Shown piece by piece: positions 9,894 through 22,855 of a stretch of DNA of 64,000 nt. This DNA is from Hemiscyllium ocellatum (taxonomy: Eukaryota). Made by a program: the position numbers and the translations under genes. The stretch is from NCBI RefSeq assembly GCF_020745735.1, contig NC_083409.1, positions 17,442,341-17,506,340 of the forward strand, given 5' to 3'. How positions within the stretch are numbered: position 1 is the first letter of the stretch; the number at the start of each line of letters is the position of its first letter. The notes below the pieces were generated by a model. That model was not told where the DNA came from. It ran no database searches and saw only the letters and a program-made list of their open reading frames with translations.

Positions 9894-12800
9894 GTAAGGG
9901 GAATAGATAGGTGGTTCTGTGGTCAAAAACGAGACTTCCGAATAGCTCTGAAGGGGGAGGGTGAACAGATAGCTGTGATGGTGCATGTAGGCCGCAATGA
10001 TATACATAATAAACGGGATGAGGTCCAACATGCAGAATTTAGGGAGTTAGGAACCACATTAAAAATAAGGACCTCAGAGGTAGTAATCTCAGGATTGCAA
10101 CCAGTGCCGCGTATTAGTCAGAATAGACATGGAAGAATAGGCAGGATGAATGAGTGGCTTGAGATATGGCGCAGTGAGGGGGGGCGGCGGGAGGGGTTCA
10201 GATTTTTGCGACATTGGGATTGGTTCTGGGGGAGGTGGGACTATTACAAATCAAGAATGCCTGTACCTGGGCAGGACTGGAACCAATGTCCTCCAGGCTA
10301 CTTTTGCTCACGTTCTTGGGGACGGTTCAAAATAATGTAGCTGAGTGATGGGAACCAAATGAGGAGGTTAGTGGACAGTAAGGAGGTAGTAACTAAAACC
10401 TGTAAGGAACTAAGTAATGAAATGGGCGTGACTAAGGGTAAGAATAGGTAGATGATGAACACAAAGGGACAGGTGGTCTGAGATGCATTTGTTTTAATGC
10501 AAAAAGTGTAGTAGGTAAGGCAGAGGAATTTAGGGCTTGGATTTGTACCTGGTAGTATGATGTTATTGCTATTATTGAGACTTGGTTGAGGGAAAGGCAA
10601 GATTGGCAAATAAATATCCCAGGATACAGATGTATCTGATGGGTTCAAGACGGAGGTAAAAGGGGTAGAAGAGTAGCATTACTGGTCAGAGAGGACATCA
10701 CAGCTGTGCTGAAGGAAGGCACGATGGAGGACTTGAGCAGAGGGGCAATTTGGGCAGACCTCAGAAACAGGAAGGGTACAGTAACAATGCTGGGGCTGTA
10801 CTATAGTCCTCCCAACAGCCAGCACGAGATAGCGGTCAAATATGTAAACAGATTACAGAAGATGTAGGAGCAACAGGGTGGTGGCGATGGGAGATTTTAA
10901 TTTTCTCAACATTGACAGGGATTCATTTAAAGTTATAGGTTTAGACAGAGCAGAATTTGTAAGGAGCACCCAGGAGGATTTTACATAGTATGTAAATAGT
11001 TCAACTCAGGAAGGGGCCATACTGGACCTGGTGTTGGGGAATGAGCCCAGCCAGGTGGTTGAAATCTCAGTCGGGGATTACTTTGGGAACAGTGATCACA
11101 ATTCCATAAGTTTTTAGAATGCTAATGGACAAAGACAAGAGTGGTCCGAAAGGAAGACGGCTAAACTGGGGGAAGGCCAACTATAGCAAAATTCGGCAGA
11201 AGCTGGGTAATGTGGATTGGGAGCAGCTGTTTGAGGGCAAATCCACATTTGATATGTGGGAGGCTTTGTAAGAGAGGTTGATTAGAATGCAGGACAGACA
11301 TGACCCTGTGACAATGAGGGATTGAAATGACAAGATTAGGGAACCCTGGATGACAGGTGAAATTGTGAGACTAGCTAAGAGGAAAAAGGATGCATCCATA
11401 AAGTCTAGGTGGCTGACAACAGGCAAAGCTTTGGAAGAATATTGGGAAACTAGGACCGATCTGAAATTAGGAATTAAAAGGGCTAAAAGGGGTCACAAAA
11501 TATCATTATCAAAATGGGTTAAGGAAATCCCAAAGCCTTTTATTCATATATAAGGAGCAAGAGGGTGACTAGAGAAAGGGTTGGCACACTCAAGGACAGA
11601 GGAAATTTAAGCATGGAGTCAGGGAAAATGGGAGAGATTCTAAATGAGTGGTTTGTTTTGGTACTCACCAAGGAGAGGGAAAAGCTGGACATTGAAGTTG
11701 GGGATAGATGTTTGATTACTCTTGGTCAAGTTGGTTTAAGGCGGGAGAAAGTGTTAAGTATTCTAAAAGGCATTAAGGTGGACAGGTCCCCAGGTCAGGA
11801 TGGAATCTATCCCCGGGTACTGTGGGAAGCAAGAGAGGAGATAGCTGGGGCCTTAAGAGATATCTATGTAGCAATCTTGAACATGTGTGAGGTCCCAGAG
11901 GACTGGAGAATAGCTAATGTTGCCCCCTTGTATAAAAAGAGTAGCAAAGATAATCCAGGTAATTATCAAGCGGTGAGCCTGACGTCAGTGGAAGGGAAGC
12001 TGCTGAAGCAGATACTGATTTGGAAGAAAATGGATGTATCAGTGATAGGCAACATGATTTTGTGCAGGGAATTTCATGTCTTACCTACTTCATAGAATTT
12101 TTTGAAGAAGTGACAAAGTTGATAGATTAGGGAAGAGCTGTAGATGTCATACACATGGACTTCAGTAAGGTGTTTGATAACATTCCCCATGTAGCCTGAT
12201 AGAGAAATTAAAGTTGCATGGGGTCCAGTATGTACTAGCTAGATGGATATAGAACAGGCTGGGCAACAGGAGACAGAGAGTAGTAGTGGAAGGGAATTTC
12301 TCAAAATGGAGAACAGGAATACATGCTGAGAACACTCTTGTTTATATGATATATATAAATGATCTGGAAGAAGGTATAGGTGGTCTGATTAACAAGTTTG
12401 CAGATGACACTAAGATTGGTGGAGTAGCAGATAGTGAAGGGGACTGTCAGAGAATGCAGCAGAATATAGATAGATTGGAGAGTTGGGCAGAGAAACAGAC
12501 AGATGGAGTTCAATCCGGGCAAATGTGATCTGATGAATTTTGGAAGATCCAATTCTGGAGTAAACTAGATGCTGAATGGAAAGCCCTGGGGAAAATTGAT
12601 GCACAGAGAGATCTGGATGTTCGGGTCCATTGTACCCTGAAGGTGGTAATGCAGATTGATAGAGTGGTCCAGAGGGCAGATGGCATGCTTTCCTTCATCG
12701 GTTGGGGTACAAGAGTAGGCAGGTCATGTTAGAATTGTATCAGAATTTGGCTTGGCCACATTTGGAATACTGCATACAGTTCTGATCGCCACATTACCAA

Positions 12801-13310
12801 AAGGATGAGGATGCTTTGGAGACGGTGCAGAGGAGCTTAACCAGGATTGTCTCATATGGAGGGCATGAGCTATGAAGAGAGGTTGAGTAGATTAGCATCA
12901 TTTTCAATAGAAAGTTGAAGATTGAGGGAGGACCTGCTAGAGGTCTACAAAATCATGAGAGCTATAAACATGATGGATAGCAAGAAGATTTTTCCCAGAG
13001 TGAGGGGTTCAATTGCTAGGGACCATGGGTTCAAGGTGAGAGGAGAAAGGTTTAAGGGAGATATGCGTGGAACGTTCTTTACGCAGAGAGTGGTTGGTAC
13101 CTGGAACACGTTGGCAGCGGAAGTGGTAGAGGCGGGCATGATAGCATCATTAAAGATGTATCGAGATAGATGCATGAATGGGCAGGGAGCAGAGGGATAC
13201 AGATCCTTGGAAAATTGATGATAGGTCGAGATTGAAGCTATGGATCAGTGCAGGCTTGGAGGGCCGAAGGGCCTGTTCCTGTTTTGTAATTTTCTTTGTC
13301 CCTTGTTCTT
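9894..13310 (+). mobile_element. CR1 LINE, 5'-truncated in ORF1 (esterase), with full but disrupted ORF2
   Basis: ORF1 VMVHVGRNDI...VVISGLQPVPR. ORF2 APE and RT fragments (KVDRSPGQDGIYPRVLWEAREEI; NKFADDTKIGG). Tail at ~13300. Confidence 0.9.
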
Positions 13311-14565
13311 GGACCTGAGAAAGCTCAAAGGAACAGAGTGATCTTGGGGTACTTGTCCACTGATCCCCGAATGTGGCAAGACAGGTTAACAGAGGACACT
13401 TGCCTTGGTCATGTCAGGTATTGGTTATAAAAGCAGGAGGAGATGCTGCAGTTAAGTAGAACATTGGTGAGGCCACAGCTGGAGTACTGTGTGCAGTTCA
13501 GGTCACCACACTGTAGGAAGGATGTGATTGCACTGGATGGGGTGCAGAGGGGAATCACCAGGATGTTGTGTGGGATGGAACCTCTTAGTGATGAAGAGAA
13601 ATTGGATCAGCTCGGTTGTTTTCTTCAGAGCAGAGAAGGTGGAGGGGGACCTGATCGAGGTGTATAAGGTTATGAGAGGAATGGACAGGGAGGAGAGAAA
13701 GCAGCTGTTCTTCTTCATGGGAGGGTCAATAAAAAGTTGGTTTACATTCATTGTGAAAGATAGGAAGTTTCAAGATGTTTTGAGGAAAATTTTTTTTATC
13801 CAGAGGGTGGTGGGGGTCTGGAACACACAGCCTGGGAGAGCAGTTGACGTGGGAAACCTCACAAACTTTAAAAAGTACTTGGGTGAGCAGTTGAAATGTC
13901 ATAACATTCTAGCTATGGGCTCATATTGGAAAGTGGGATTGGTGCAGGTTTAGTGTAGTTTGGCTGGTACACAGTTAATGGGCTGAAGGACCTGTTCTGT
14001 ACTGTGTGATTTTATGATTGTATTGTGTACAGTTTTGGTCTCCTTATCTGAGAAAGGATGTTCTGGTTGTGGAGGGAGGACAGCGAAAGTTTACCAGACT
14101 GATTCCTGGGATGACAGCACTTAGATCTGTTGAGAAACTGGATCAGTTAGGATTATATTCACTGGAGGAAAGAAGATTGAGAGGAATCACGTTGGAACCT
14201 TTAAAATCCTAACAGGACAAGACCGGAAAAACACAGGAAGTATGTTCCTGATCATTGGAGAATCCAGAACCAGGAATTACAGTTTAAAGAAAAGGGAAAG
14301 GTTATTTCAGATTGAGCTGAGGAGACATTTCTTTAGCCAGAGAGTGGGAAGCTCATGGAATATTCTATCACAGAAAGCAGTTGAGACCAAAACATTAAAA
14401 GTTTTCAAGAAGGAGATAGGTCTAAAGGGACTTAGGACGAAAGGGATTAAGGTTATGGGAAAAAAGTGGGAACGGGACTAAGTTGAATGATCAGCCATGG
14501 TCATATTTAATGGCAGACCCCACTCGAAGGGCTGAATGGCCTAGTCCTGCTGTTCGTTACTTTGT
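13311..14565 (+). mobile_element. Two further CR1 3'-end fragments
   Basis: LVRPQLEYCVQFRSPH and YCVQFWSPYLRKDV motifs, each followed by a tail. Confidence 0.8.
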
Positions 14566-14589
14566 TCTGCGTTTGAGAGACTGTCCGTA

Positions 14590-15680
14590 AACATAGAAAC
14601 CTATGGAATTATAGAGTCAAAGAGTCATCGAGTCCTACAGCACAGAGACAGGCTTTTTGGTCCACACTGGTCCATGCTGACCAAAATGTCCATCCATGCT
14701 AACCCCATTTCCCTGCACTTGGCCCATATCCTTCGGAGCCTTTCCTATCCATGCATTTGTCCAAATGCCTTTTTAAAGTTGTTAATATACCCGCCTCAAT
14801 CACTTCCACTGGCAGATCATTCCATATGCGTGCCACCCTCTGTGTAAACAAGTTGTCCCTCAGGTTCCCTTTTATTCTTTCTCCTCTAACCTAAAACCCC
14901 TCTCATCCTCAATTCCCCAACCCTGGGAAAAAGACTGAGTGCATTCACCCTATCCATGTCTCTCAAGGTCTTATACACTTCTAAAAAAAAAACCCTCAGT
15001 CTCCTACACTCTCTGAAAAAAGTCCTAGCTTGTCCAACCTCTCACAAAAACTCAGATTGTTGAGTCCTAGCAACATGCTTGTACATTTCCTCTGAACTTG
15101 TTCCAGTTTAATAATGTCCTTCCTATAACAAGGTGACCAAATACTCCAAGTGCGACCTCACCAACGTTCTGTACAATGGTAACATAACTTCTCAACTTCT
15201 ATACTCAATGCCCTGACTGATGAAGGCCAGTGTGTCAAAAGCCTTCCTCACTGCCCTGTCGAACTGTGACTCAACTTCCAGAGAACCGTGTACCTGAACT
15301 CCAAGATCTCTCTGTTTCACTACAGTCCTTAAGGCCTTACCATTCACCATGGTACTCCCACCTCGATTAAACTTCCGAAAGTGCAACTATCACAATTATC
15401 TCTCTGAACTCATTTTGTCATTTCTCTGCTCATTTCTACAGCTGATCAAGGTCCTGCTGCAATTTCTGATAACCTCCCTCAATGTCTACTGTAATGTCAT
15501 CTGCAAACTTCCCAATCATGCCTTGCAGATTCTCATCCAAGTTATTGATGTGGATAGCAATGAGTAATGGGCCCAGGACTGAGCCCTGAGGCACTCCACT
15601 AGACACAGGCCTCTAGTCTGACAAGCATCCTTCCACTGTTACCCACTGCTTCCTACCATCAAGCCAATCAGAGAAAAGTA
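14590..15680 (-). mobile_element. CR1 3' portion
   Basis: QRDLGVQVHGSLEVESQ...AFISQGIEYRS; (CATAGAGT)-type tail at the left end. Confidence 0.8.
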
Positions 15681-16332
15681 TTTGTCTTTGGTCAGGAATT
15701 AGTTTGGAGGTAGGAGGCAGAGAGGAAGAATAGTGAGTGCATCCTCCAGTGAGGAAGATGTGAATAGTGGTATCCCCAGGGATCTGTGCTGGGAGCTCAG
15801 CTTTTTATGATATTTCTGAATGACTTGGATGAAGAAACAGAGAGCTGTACATCCAAGATTGCTGGTCACACTGACTGAGGCAGAGATAGGGAGGGTGGAG
15901 GGCAGAGAGGGTTTTGCGAACAAGGATGAGAACTCGACAATCAAGGAGTTGCTGGAGAGGAGCCAATGTAGATACAGGGTGCAGGGGGTTGGGGGAACAG
16001 GACTTGATGCAAGTTTGAATACAGGCATCAGAATTTGGGATGAACTGAAGGTTATGGAGGGCGATTGCTGTGATGTGTGCTAGCACAACATTGGAATGGT
16101 CATGTTTGGAGTCCCACAGACATGATTGAGATTTTCAGTGGCTGGTCTGTATAATATGGAGGATATAGGGGTCAGATCATTCTCAGAGATGTGGCCACGT
16201 TTGTAAAGGGTCTGGTTGTGCAGCAGACCCCCAGGGAGAGGGATGGAGTTTGGAGCAGGAGATGAAGAGGATGGCTTTGATCTTCCCAATATGTTACACA
16301 GTGAGTCCGGGCTTTTCAGTCCTGACTGCTCT

Positions 16333-16486
16333 CAGCTGCTGTGATTGTCACTGATTAGACACTTATTATTAGAGATTCTGACCACAGCAGAAAGCCCCAG
16401 TGTAAAAAATAGTTGCAAAGACTGTCAGAGCACAAGGTTGAAAATTCACCAAAAGAGGAAGTGAAAGAAGGAGCTCGGAGCAGCTG
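16333..16486. promoter_or_regulatory. Candidate lymphoid enhancer: E-box, RUNX, PU.1-IRF composite element (EICE), E-box
   Basis: CAGCTG 16333-16338, GACCACA 16380-16386, AAAGAGGAAGTGAAA 16452-16466, CAGCTG 16481-16486, all in a non-repetitive island. Motif evidence only. Confidence 0.4.
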
Positions 16487-16759
16487 GGTGTTTGTTACTG
16501 AGATGGGAGAAAACTGTGAACTGTCTGCTCTCCCTGGAACCTGACAGCACAGGAGGCTGGTTCTGGGATTTTTCTTTTCAGAAACAGCACAGTGATGGAA
16601 AAAGTGTCAGTCACTCTCTCACAAACACACACGCCTGCACTTCGAGATTAGAAACAGAATCCAGCAGCAGCTCTGTCTCCAAGCTGTGAAACCTGCACAG
16701 AATTTTTCCCTCATTCAGTTTTTAACTGGCAGGATAGACCAAGCAGGGGAAGCAACACA

Positions 16760-17250
16760 GTGGTGTGTACAGTCAGAAGGGAGTTGCCCTGGGAGTCCTC
16801 ACCATTAACTATGGAACCCATGAAGCCTCATGACAGCAGGTCAAACATGGGGAAGGAAACCTCCTGCTGATTACCACATAGCACCGCCCTCCCCTCCAAC
16901 CTCAACTGAGCAGTCAGTCCTCCTCCATGTTTGACAACACTTGGAGGAAGCACTGAGGATGGGAATGATGCAGGATATACCGTGAGTAAGGGACTTCAAA
17001 GTCCACCATCAAAAGCTGCTCAGAAGCATCACTACTGAGCAAGCTGGTCAGGTTCCACCTGATTCAGCTGCTAGACTGGACCTGGGGCAGGTGGTGAGGG
17101 AACCAACAAGAGGGAAAAACATACTCACTATCACCCTCACCAACCTGCCTGCTGCTGGTGTATCTGTCCATGACAGTATCAGTAAGAGTGACCACCGCAC
17201 AGTCCGTGTGGAGACAAAATCCCATCTTCACATTTAAGTTACCTTACATT
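16760..17250 (+). mobile_element. LINE endonuclease fragment, same family as 301-1655
   Basis: GDFKVHH-like and ...TNLPAAGVSVHDSISKSDHRTVRVETK; matches 1560-1655 on the opposite strand. Confidence 0.7.
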
Positions 17251-18519
17251 TTGTTGGGCAAGAGATTCGGGATGTCAGGAAGAACTTTGTTTTGAACAGC
17301 AATTGGTAATAAATTGGAAATTAGTGCCATTCAGGTGAGGCAGGTGAAGACACTCAGTGATTGCAATGGCAGATTGGATGGGCTCTTGATGGAAATAAAC
17401 CTGCAAGGCTCTGGGGGTCGAGTAGGGGAGGGGGTGGGACTGACTGGATTGCTCCATGAAATGACAGCATTTACCTGACAGGCTGAATGTTCCCCCCTGT
17501 GCTGGAAATAGGTCTCACTCAATGAGGGGTTCACATTGGATGCAGTAAATACAGGACAAATTGTTTCTCCAGGCAGGAGGGTCAGTAACCAGAGGGCACA
17601 CATTTCAGAAAGGGTCTGAAGAACAAGAGAGAAGATAGGAACATTTTTTATCCAGCGAGTTCATGATGTCTGTCTGCAAGGTGAGTGGGAGTGGATTCAA
17701 CAGCAACTTTCAAAAGGGCCTTTGGAGAAATAGCTGTAAAGGAAACAATTGCAGGGTTATAAAGGAAGGGCTGGGTAAATGGGACTCATTGGACTAATTT
17801 GTCTAACTGTCACAATAGGCCCAATGACCTCTGTCTGTGCTGTATAAGAACTTACACACACTTAGTCTCACCTTTACACAAAGACTGGGAGAAACAGACA
17901 ATCCAGTTTACAGAAGAATGCTTTCTCAAACACTCTTGACAACTCAGGAAACAGGCCCAGACTAGATTCACTAGAGTAAGTCAGCAAATCAATGACAAGG
18001 GAACAGTAAACCAAAAGCAATGGGACTGAACAATATATTCAGTAACACAACAATTGAGAGGAGGAGGAGGGATGAAGGGCAGGAGGTCAGAGAGCATGCT
18101 GTAGGGGCCTGAAGGCTCTGCTGTCAATGGTGGGATGGAGGAAGCAGCAATGGACAGGAGACCAGAGACAGAAGATGGAAGGGGGAGGGAGGGAATGTGA
18201 GTCTGCAGCAGGACACAGATTGAGGGAGGAGGGAGGCCATGGAGGCAATTGGTTGGCAGTGAGCTCATTCTTGAACGACTTCAGATGTCAGACAAGGAAG
18301 GGACCACTCCATATCAGACAAGTTGGGGTTTATGGAATGTGACTTCAGGAAGCCGGGAGAGGACATTGGAATCAATAGTTAGGACAAGCAGGAATTAGTG
18401 TTTCTGTGGTCAGGGGACTGAAGTCGTGCAGAGACAGACAGTGTTGTTGAGACTGAAATAAGGGACCTTCATGATGGAGTGGATTTGGGGTTTGCAGCTC
18501 AAGTACTGGACAGTCCAGT

Positions 18520-18660
18520 GAGAAGGAGGCCCATGTTTACTGGTCTCTCCTGAAGCATCCAGTGAGAAGGAGGTCTATGTTTATTGGTGTCTGTTGGAGG
18601 TTCCAGTGGGACGGAGGTCCATGTTTACTGGTTCTATGGGAAGGTGGCTCATGTATACAT
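18520..18660. repeat. 44-bp minisatellite, left block
   Basis: GGAGGCCCATGTTTACTGGTCTCT unit starts at 18525, 18569, 18613. Confidence 0.7.
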
Positions 18661-19905
18661 CATCATAGAGTCATAGAGGTTTACAGCATGGCATCAGGCC
18701 CTTCAGCCCAACTCATCCATGCTTACCAAGTTTCCAAAACTGAACAAATCCCATTTGCCTGTGTTTGGCCCAAATCTCTCTGAATCCTTCCTATCCATGT
18801 TGCTGTAAAAATCTCCTTGAAATGTAGTAACTGTACTCCCCTCTACCACTTCCTCTGGCAGCTCATTACACATACACACCAACCTCTGTGTGAAAAGGTT
18901 GTCTCTCAGTTTCCTTTTAATCCTTTCCCCCCTCAACTTAAACCTATTCCTTTTAGTACTGGATTCTCCTACCCTGGGGAAAAGACTTTGGCTATTTACC
19001 TTATCTATGACCCTCATGATTCTATAAACCTATATAAGGTCACCCCTCAATCTCCTGCATTCCCTGGAAAAAACATCTTGGCATATCCATCCTCGCCTTA
19101 TAATTCAAACCCTCCAAACTTGGTAACATCCCTGTTAATCTTTCTTTTATTCAAACCAGCGTAATGACTTCCTTCCTATAGCAGGGTGAGCAGAAATGTA
19201 CACAGTGACCAAATGTGGCCTTACCGATGCCTTGTACAGCTGTAACATGATGTCCCAGCTCCTGTACTCTCTGCTTTGACCAGTGAAGGTGCACGTGCCA
19301 AATACCTTCTGCACCACCCTGTCTACCTGTGACACCATTTTCCAGGAACTATGTACCTGTACCCCTCGGTCTCTCTGTTCAACAACACTCCCCATGGCTC
19401 TACCATTAATTGTGTAATTCCTGCCCTGGTTTGCCTTACCAAAATGTAACTCCTTCCATTCATCAGAATTTCCATCTGGATTTGTTGACCCACTGGCCCA
19501 GTTGATGAAGATGACATTGCACTCTTCGATAACCTTCTTCCCTGTCCACGATGCCAACAATTTTAATGTCAGCCACAAACTTCCTGACCATTCCTGCTAT
19601 TTTCTCTCCAAATTGTTCACATAAATGACGAACAACAGTGGATCCAGGATCGATTCTTGTGGCAGACGGCTGGTCACTGGCCTCCAGTCTGAAGAACAAC
19701 CCTCTCTCACCAGCCTCTGCCTCCTATCATCAGGCCAATTTTATATCTAATTGGCTCATTCTCCTTGGATCCTATGTGATATAATCTTACTGAGCAATCT
19801 ACCATGAGGAACCTTGCCTAAGGCCTTGCTAAAGTCCAAGTAGACAGAGTGTACTGCTCTACCTTTATCAAGGTTTGTGATTACTTCTTCAAAAACTCAG
19901 TCATC
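18661..19905 (-). mobile_element. CR1 3' portion inserted into the minisatellite
   Basis: WKELHFGKANQGRNYTINGR..., RGERIKRKLRDNLFTQR; CATAGAGTCATAGAG tail at the left end. Confidence 0.85.
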
Positions 19906-19929
19906 TACTTGTCTGAATCGGAAAGTCCA

Positions 19930-20155
19930 ATGAATAGGAGGCCCATGTTGACTGATCTCTCTTGGAGGATCAAATCAGAAGTAGGCCAATGTTTACTGGT
20001 CTCTGTTGGAGATTCCAGCAGGAAGGAGCTCATGTTTACTGGTCTCTTCTGGGAACTTCAGTGGGAAGGAGGCCCATGTCTCTCTATCGAGCAGCCTTGT
20101 GAACTAAATTCCATGTTTAGTGGACTCTGTTGGAGAGTCCAGTACGTCATGTACA
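19930..20155. repeat. 44-bp minisatellite, right block
   Basis: Unit starts at 19937, 19981, 20025, 20068, then degenerate. Confidence 0.7.
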
Positions 20156-20619
20156 CATGGTGGGTATGTGGTCAGTTCCTTTCTGTTGGAACTGTGTGAT
20201 GCTCCAGCCCTCATCCCAGTCAAACAGCCTGATTCAGAGACTGATCATGGCAGGGGAAGGAAAGGGAAAAGGATTGGAACATGTTGTGGATGGACAGGCT
20301 GGGTCACTGAGTCAGAAATTGTCCTGTCCCTCCAGCTCACACTGATGGCCTGAGGATCTCCTCTCTCTGCTGGGCCTTCATGGAATGAGGTTTGTGTCCA
20401 AACCAGTCCCCAGTGAGAATAGGGCAACAGAACAGAACTGCCCTTCATTTGACAAGAATCTGTCCATCGTCCTGAATGAGGTCAATCCCTGTGAGAAATG
20501 GGGAGTTACTCCAGGGAAAGACATGCTTTTGGGTCAAGGGTTAACATCCATTAGTGGGGCAGAGCAGAGGGAGATTTATCCTGAATTAAACTTTCACCAG
20601 CTGGGACATTGTGAGAAAG

Positions 20620-21170
20620 ACAGAGAAGCAAGACAAAGAGAGAGGTAGGTGCAAATTGTGTGTGTGATCGAGCGATAGAGGGAGGGGCATCTGAGACAGT
20701 GTGTGATATGTGAAGGGGCCAAGAGAGAGGTAGAGGGAGGTAGACGTGGTGTGATTGAGGGATAGAGAGAGAGAGAAACAAGATGTGACTGATCGGGATG
20801 GGTAGAGAAAAAGAGATAGGATGGGTGTGATAACAAGAGTGAAGGGAATCAAGAGAGAGTGGGTAGGGTTGAGTGTGAGAGAGAGAGAGACATGAGTATG
20901 GTCAGAGACAGAATGACAGAGATGGAGGGAGAGAGACTGTAGATTGGGTGCAGAGAGGGAGGGAGAGACAGAGAGAGGAATAGAGAGGGGCAATTAGCAT
21001 TTGGAGGTTTTCAATTGAAGTGAGCAATGGAGCGAGTGATGGTGAGAGAGAAAGATGCAGAAATAGAGATTATGGGACGGAGTGAGGAAGTGTAAGTTGG
21101 AGAGAGTGGCTTTGAGACAGAGTGAGAGAGGAAGAGAGAGAGAGAGTCAGAGACAGAGAGAGACAGAGGG
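20620..21170. repeat. Degenerate (GA)n purine-rich tract
   Basis: Strong GA bias, ending in near-pure GAGA at 21121-21170. Confidence 0.75.
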
Positions 21171-21174
21171 ACAA

Positions 21175-22100
21175 GTCCTGGTCACCACATTCTTGGAAGG
21201 ATGTGATTGTACTTGAGAGGGTGCAGAGATTTACCAGGATGCTGCCTGGGATGGAGGGTCAGCTGTGGAGAAAGATTGGAAAGGTTGGGGTTGTTTTCCA
21301 TGCAGCAGTGAAGGCTGAGAGGGGACCTGATAGAGGGGGATAAGATTATTCAGGGCAGTGATAGGGGGAGTAGGAAGGCACTTTTTACAAGAGTCAAGGA
21401 CTCAATAACCAGGGACAGAGATTGAAGGAAAAATAGACACGGACACAAAGAAAGTGCTGCAGGAGTAGGCCATTCGGCCCTTTGAGACTGTTCTGTCATT
21501 CAGTATGATCATGGCTGATCCTCTCTCTTGAAGTCACCTTCCTACTTTCTCCCCATTCCCTTCATGCTGTTAAAATGCAAAACAAATATCTCTCTCTTTC
21601 TCTTGAATATATTCAGTTCCTTGTCCTCCACAGCCTTCAGTGGAAGATAATTCCACAGATCGACCATCCTCTGAATGAAGAAATGTTTCCTCATCTCAGT
21701 CTGAAATAGTCTACCCCATATCCCCCTGAGACTATCTCCCGGTTCCAGACTCCCCGACCAGGGGAAACCTCCTCCCTGCCCAGCCCTGTTAGAATATTAT
21801 ACATTTCAATCAGATCCCCTCTTATCCTTCTGAGTCCAGGCCCAATCGAGTTGGAGATTGAGAGAAGAGTTAGGGAGAAATGTTTTCACCCAGAGGGTGG
21901 TGGGAGTCTGGAACTCACTGCCTGAAAGGCTGGTTGAGTCACAAACTCTCATGACATTGGAGCAGTGTTTAGATATTCCTTTGTGTTGCTGTAGGCTCCA
22001 GGGTAATGGGCCAAGAGCTGGAGGATCATCAGATCTTTGTTTAATAGCACAGACACAATGGGCCAAATGGCCTCATTCAGTGCTGTCCACATCAATGATT
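21175..22100. mobile_element. Three short CR1 fragments (+, -, +) immediately upstream of the Ig promoter
   Basis: WSPHSWKDVIVLERVQ (+), minus-strand tail 21440-21830, ELGRNVFTQRVVGVWNSLP plus tail (+). Confidence 0.7.
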
Positions 22101-22147
22101 CTCTGAGACAGAGAGAGAGAGGGGGGGAGAGAGAGAGAGAGAGAGAA

Positions 22148-22244
22148 GAGGAAGTGTGAGGGGCTGACGTGGCTCTCTCTGCCTGATGCCATTTACATAC
22201 TGAGGAACACCCAGTCAGACTCTCACAGGCTGCAGCTTTATAAA
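22148..22244 (+). promoter_or_regulatory. Ig kappa V promoter: ETS/PU.1 site, CRE-like TGACGT, octamer-like ATTTACAT, TATA box
   Basis: GAGGAAGT 22148-22155, TGACGT 22165-22170, ATTTACAT 22191-22198 (one mismatch to ATTTGCAT), TATAAA 22239-22244, 61 nt upstream of the leader ATG. Confidence 0.75.
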
Positions 22245-22304
22245 GCAGAGCCCAGTGAAGGGAGAGTTTATCAGGAACCAGGCACAGGGACAGGAGCACA
22301 CACC

Positions 22305-22353
22305 ATGATTTCACACATCCAGCTGATCTGGCCCCTGGCATTCTGTGTCGCAG
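22305..22353 (+). pseudogene. IGKV: Ig kappa leader exon (MISHIQLIWPLAFCVA-G)
   Basis: CACCATG Kozak, hydrophobic signal peptide, phase-1 donor G|GTAC. Acceptor CTCAG at 22535-22539 restores the frame into V. Confidence 0.85.
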
Positions 22354-22539
22354 GTACAAATCTCTCTCCTTCCACCTTGAATCTTTAGCTGCTCTCCATT
22401 TCACTCCAATTCCACTGACTTGTGATTGAAGGGAAAATGCTGAAACCAGAGGAATGCTCAGTGTCTCCAACAATCTCTCATTTGACAGGCTCTTTGTGTG
22501 AAAGTTCTGACTTCACTGTGTTTCTCTCTGATCCCTCAG

Positions 22540-22827
22540 GTATCAGTGAGGACATCATCATGACCCAGTCTCCCCCACTGCTGTCAGTGGGACTGGGCCA
22601 GACCGCAACCATCACCTGTAGGGCCATTAGCAGCTACCTTGCTTGGTACCAGTAGCGAGAAGGTCAGAAACCCTCTCTCCTGATCTATGCTGCAGCAACT
22701 CAACTCACAGGAATCTCCGAGTGATTCACCGGCAGTGGATCAGGGACCAGTTTCACCCTGACAATCAGCAACGTTCAGAATGAGGATGTCGCTGACTATG
22801 ACTGTCAGCAGCATTACAGCTGGCCTT
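22540..22827 (+). pseudogene. IGKV: Ig kappa-type V exon, pseudogene
   Basis: [93 protein letters not shown] 22653-22655, TGA 22722-22724, short CDR1, YYC changed to YDC. Confidence 0.95.
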
Positions 22828-22855
22828 CACGGTGATACAGAGCCATCCAAAAATC
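22828..22855 (+). other. 12-bp-spacer recombination signal sequence of V
   Basis: Heptamer CACGGTG, spacer ATACAGAGCCAT, nonamer CCAAAAATC. Confidence 0.85.

Noticed and set aside
9789-10340. 183-aa ORF fusing RT motifs to a CR1 ORF1 esterase
   Set aside because: Chance in-frame junction where a younger CR1 abuts an older RT fragment; not a novel protein.
16588-16629. CACAGTG followed by ACAAACACA, a possible cryptic RSS
   Set aside because: Spacer is 26 nt, not 12 or 23, and no V-like coding sequence precedes it.
20551-20993. Ser/Leu-rich minus-strand ORFs
   Set aside because: Translations of the GA-rich low-complexity tract.
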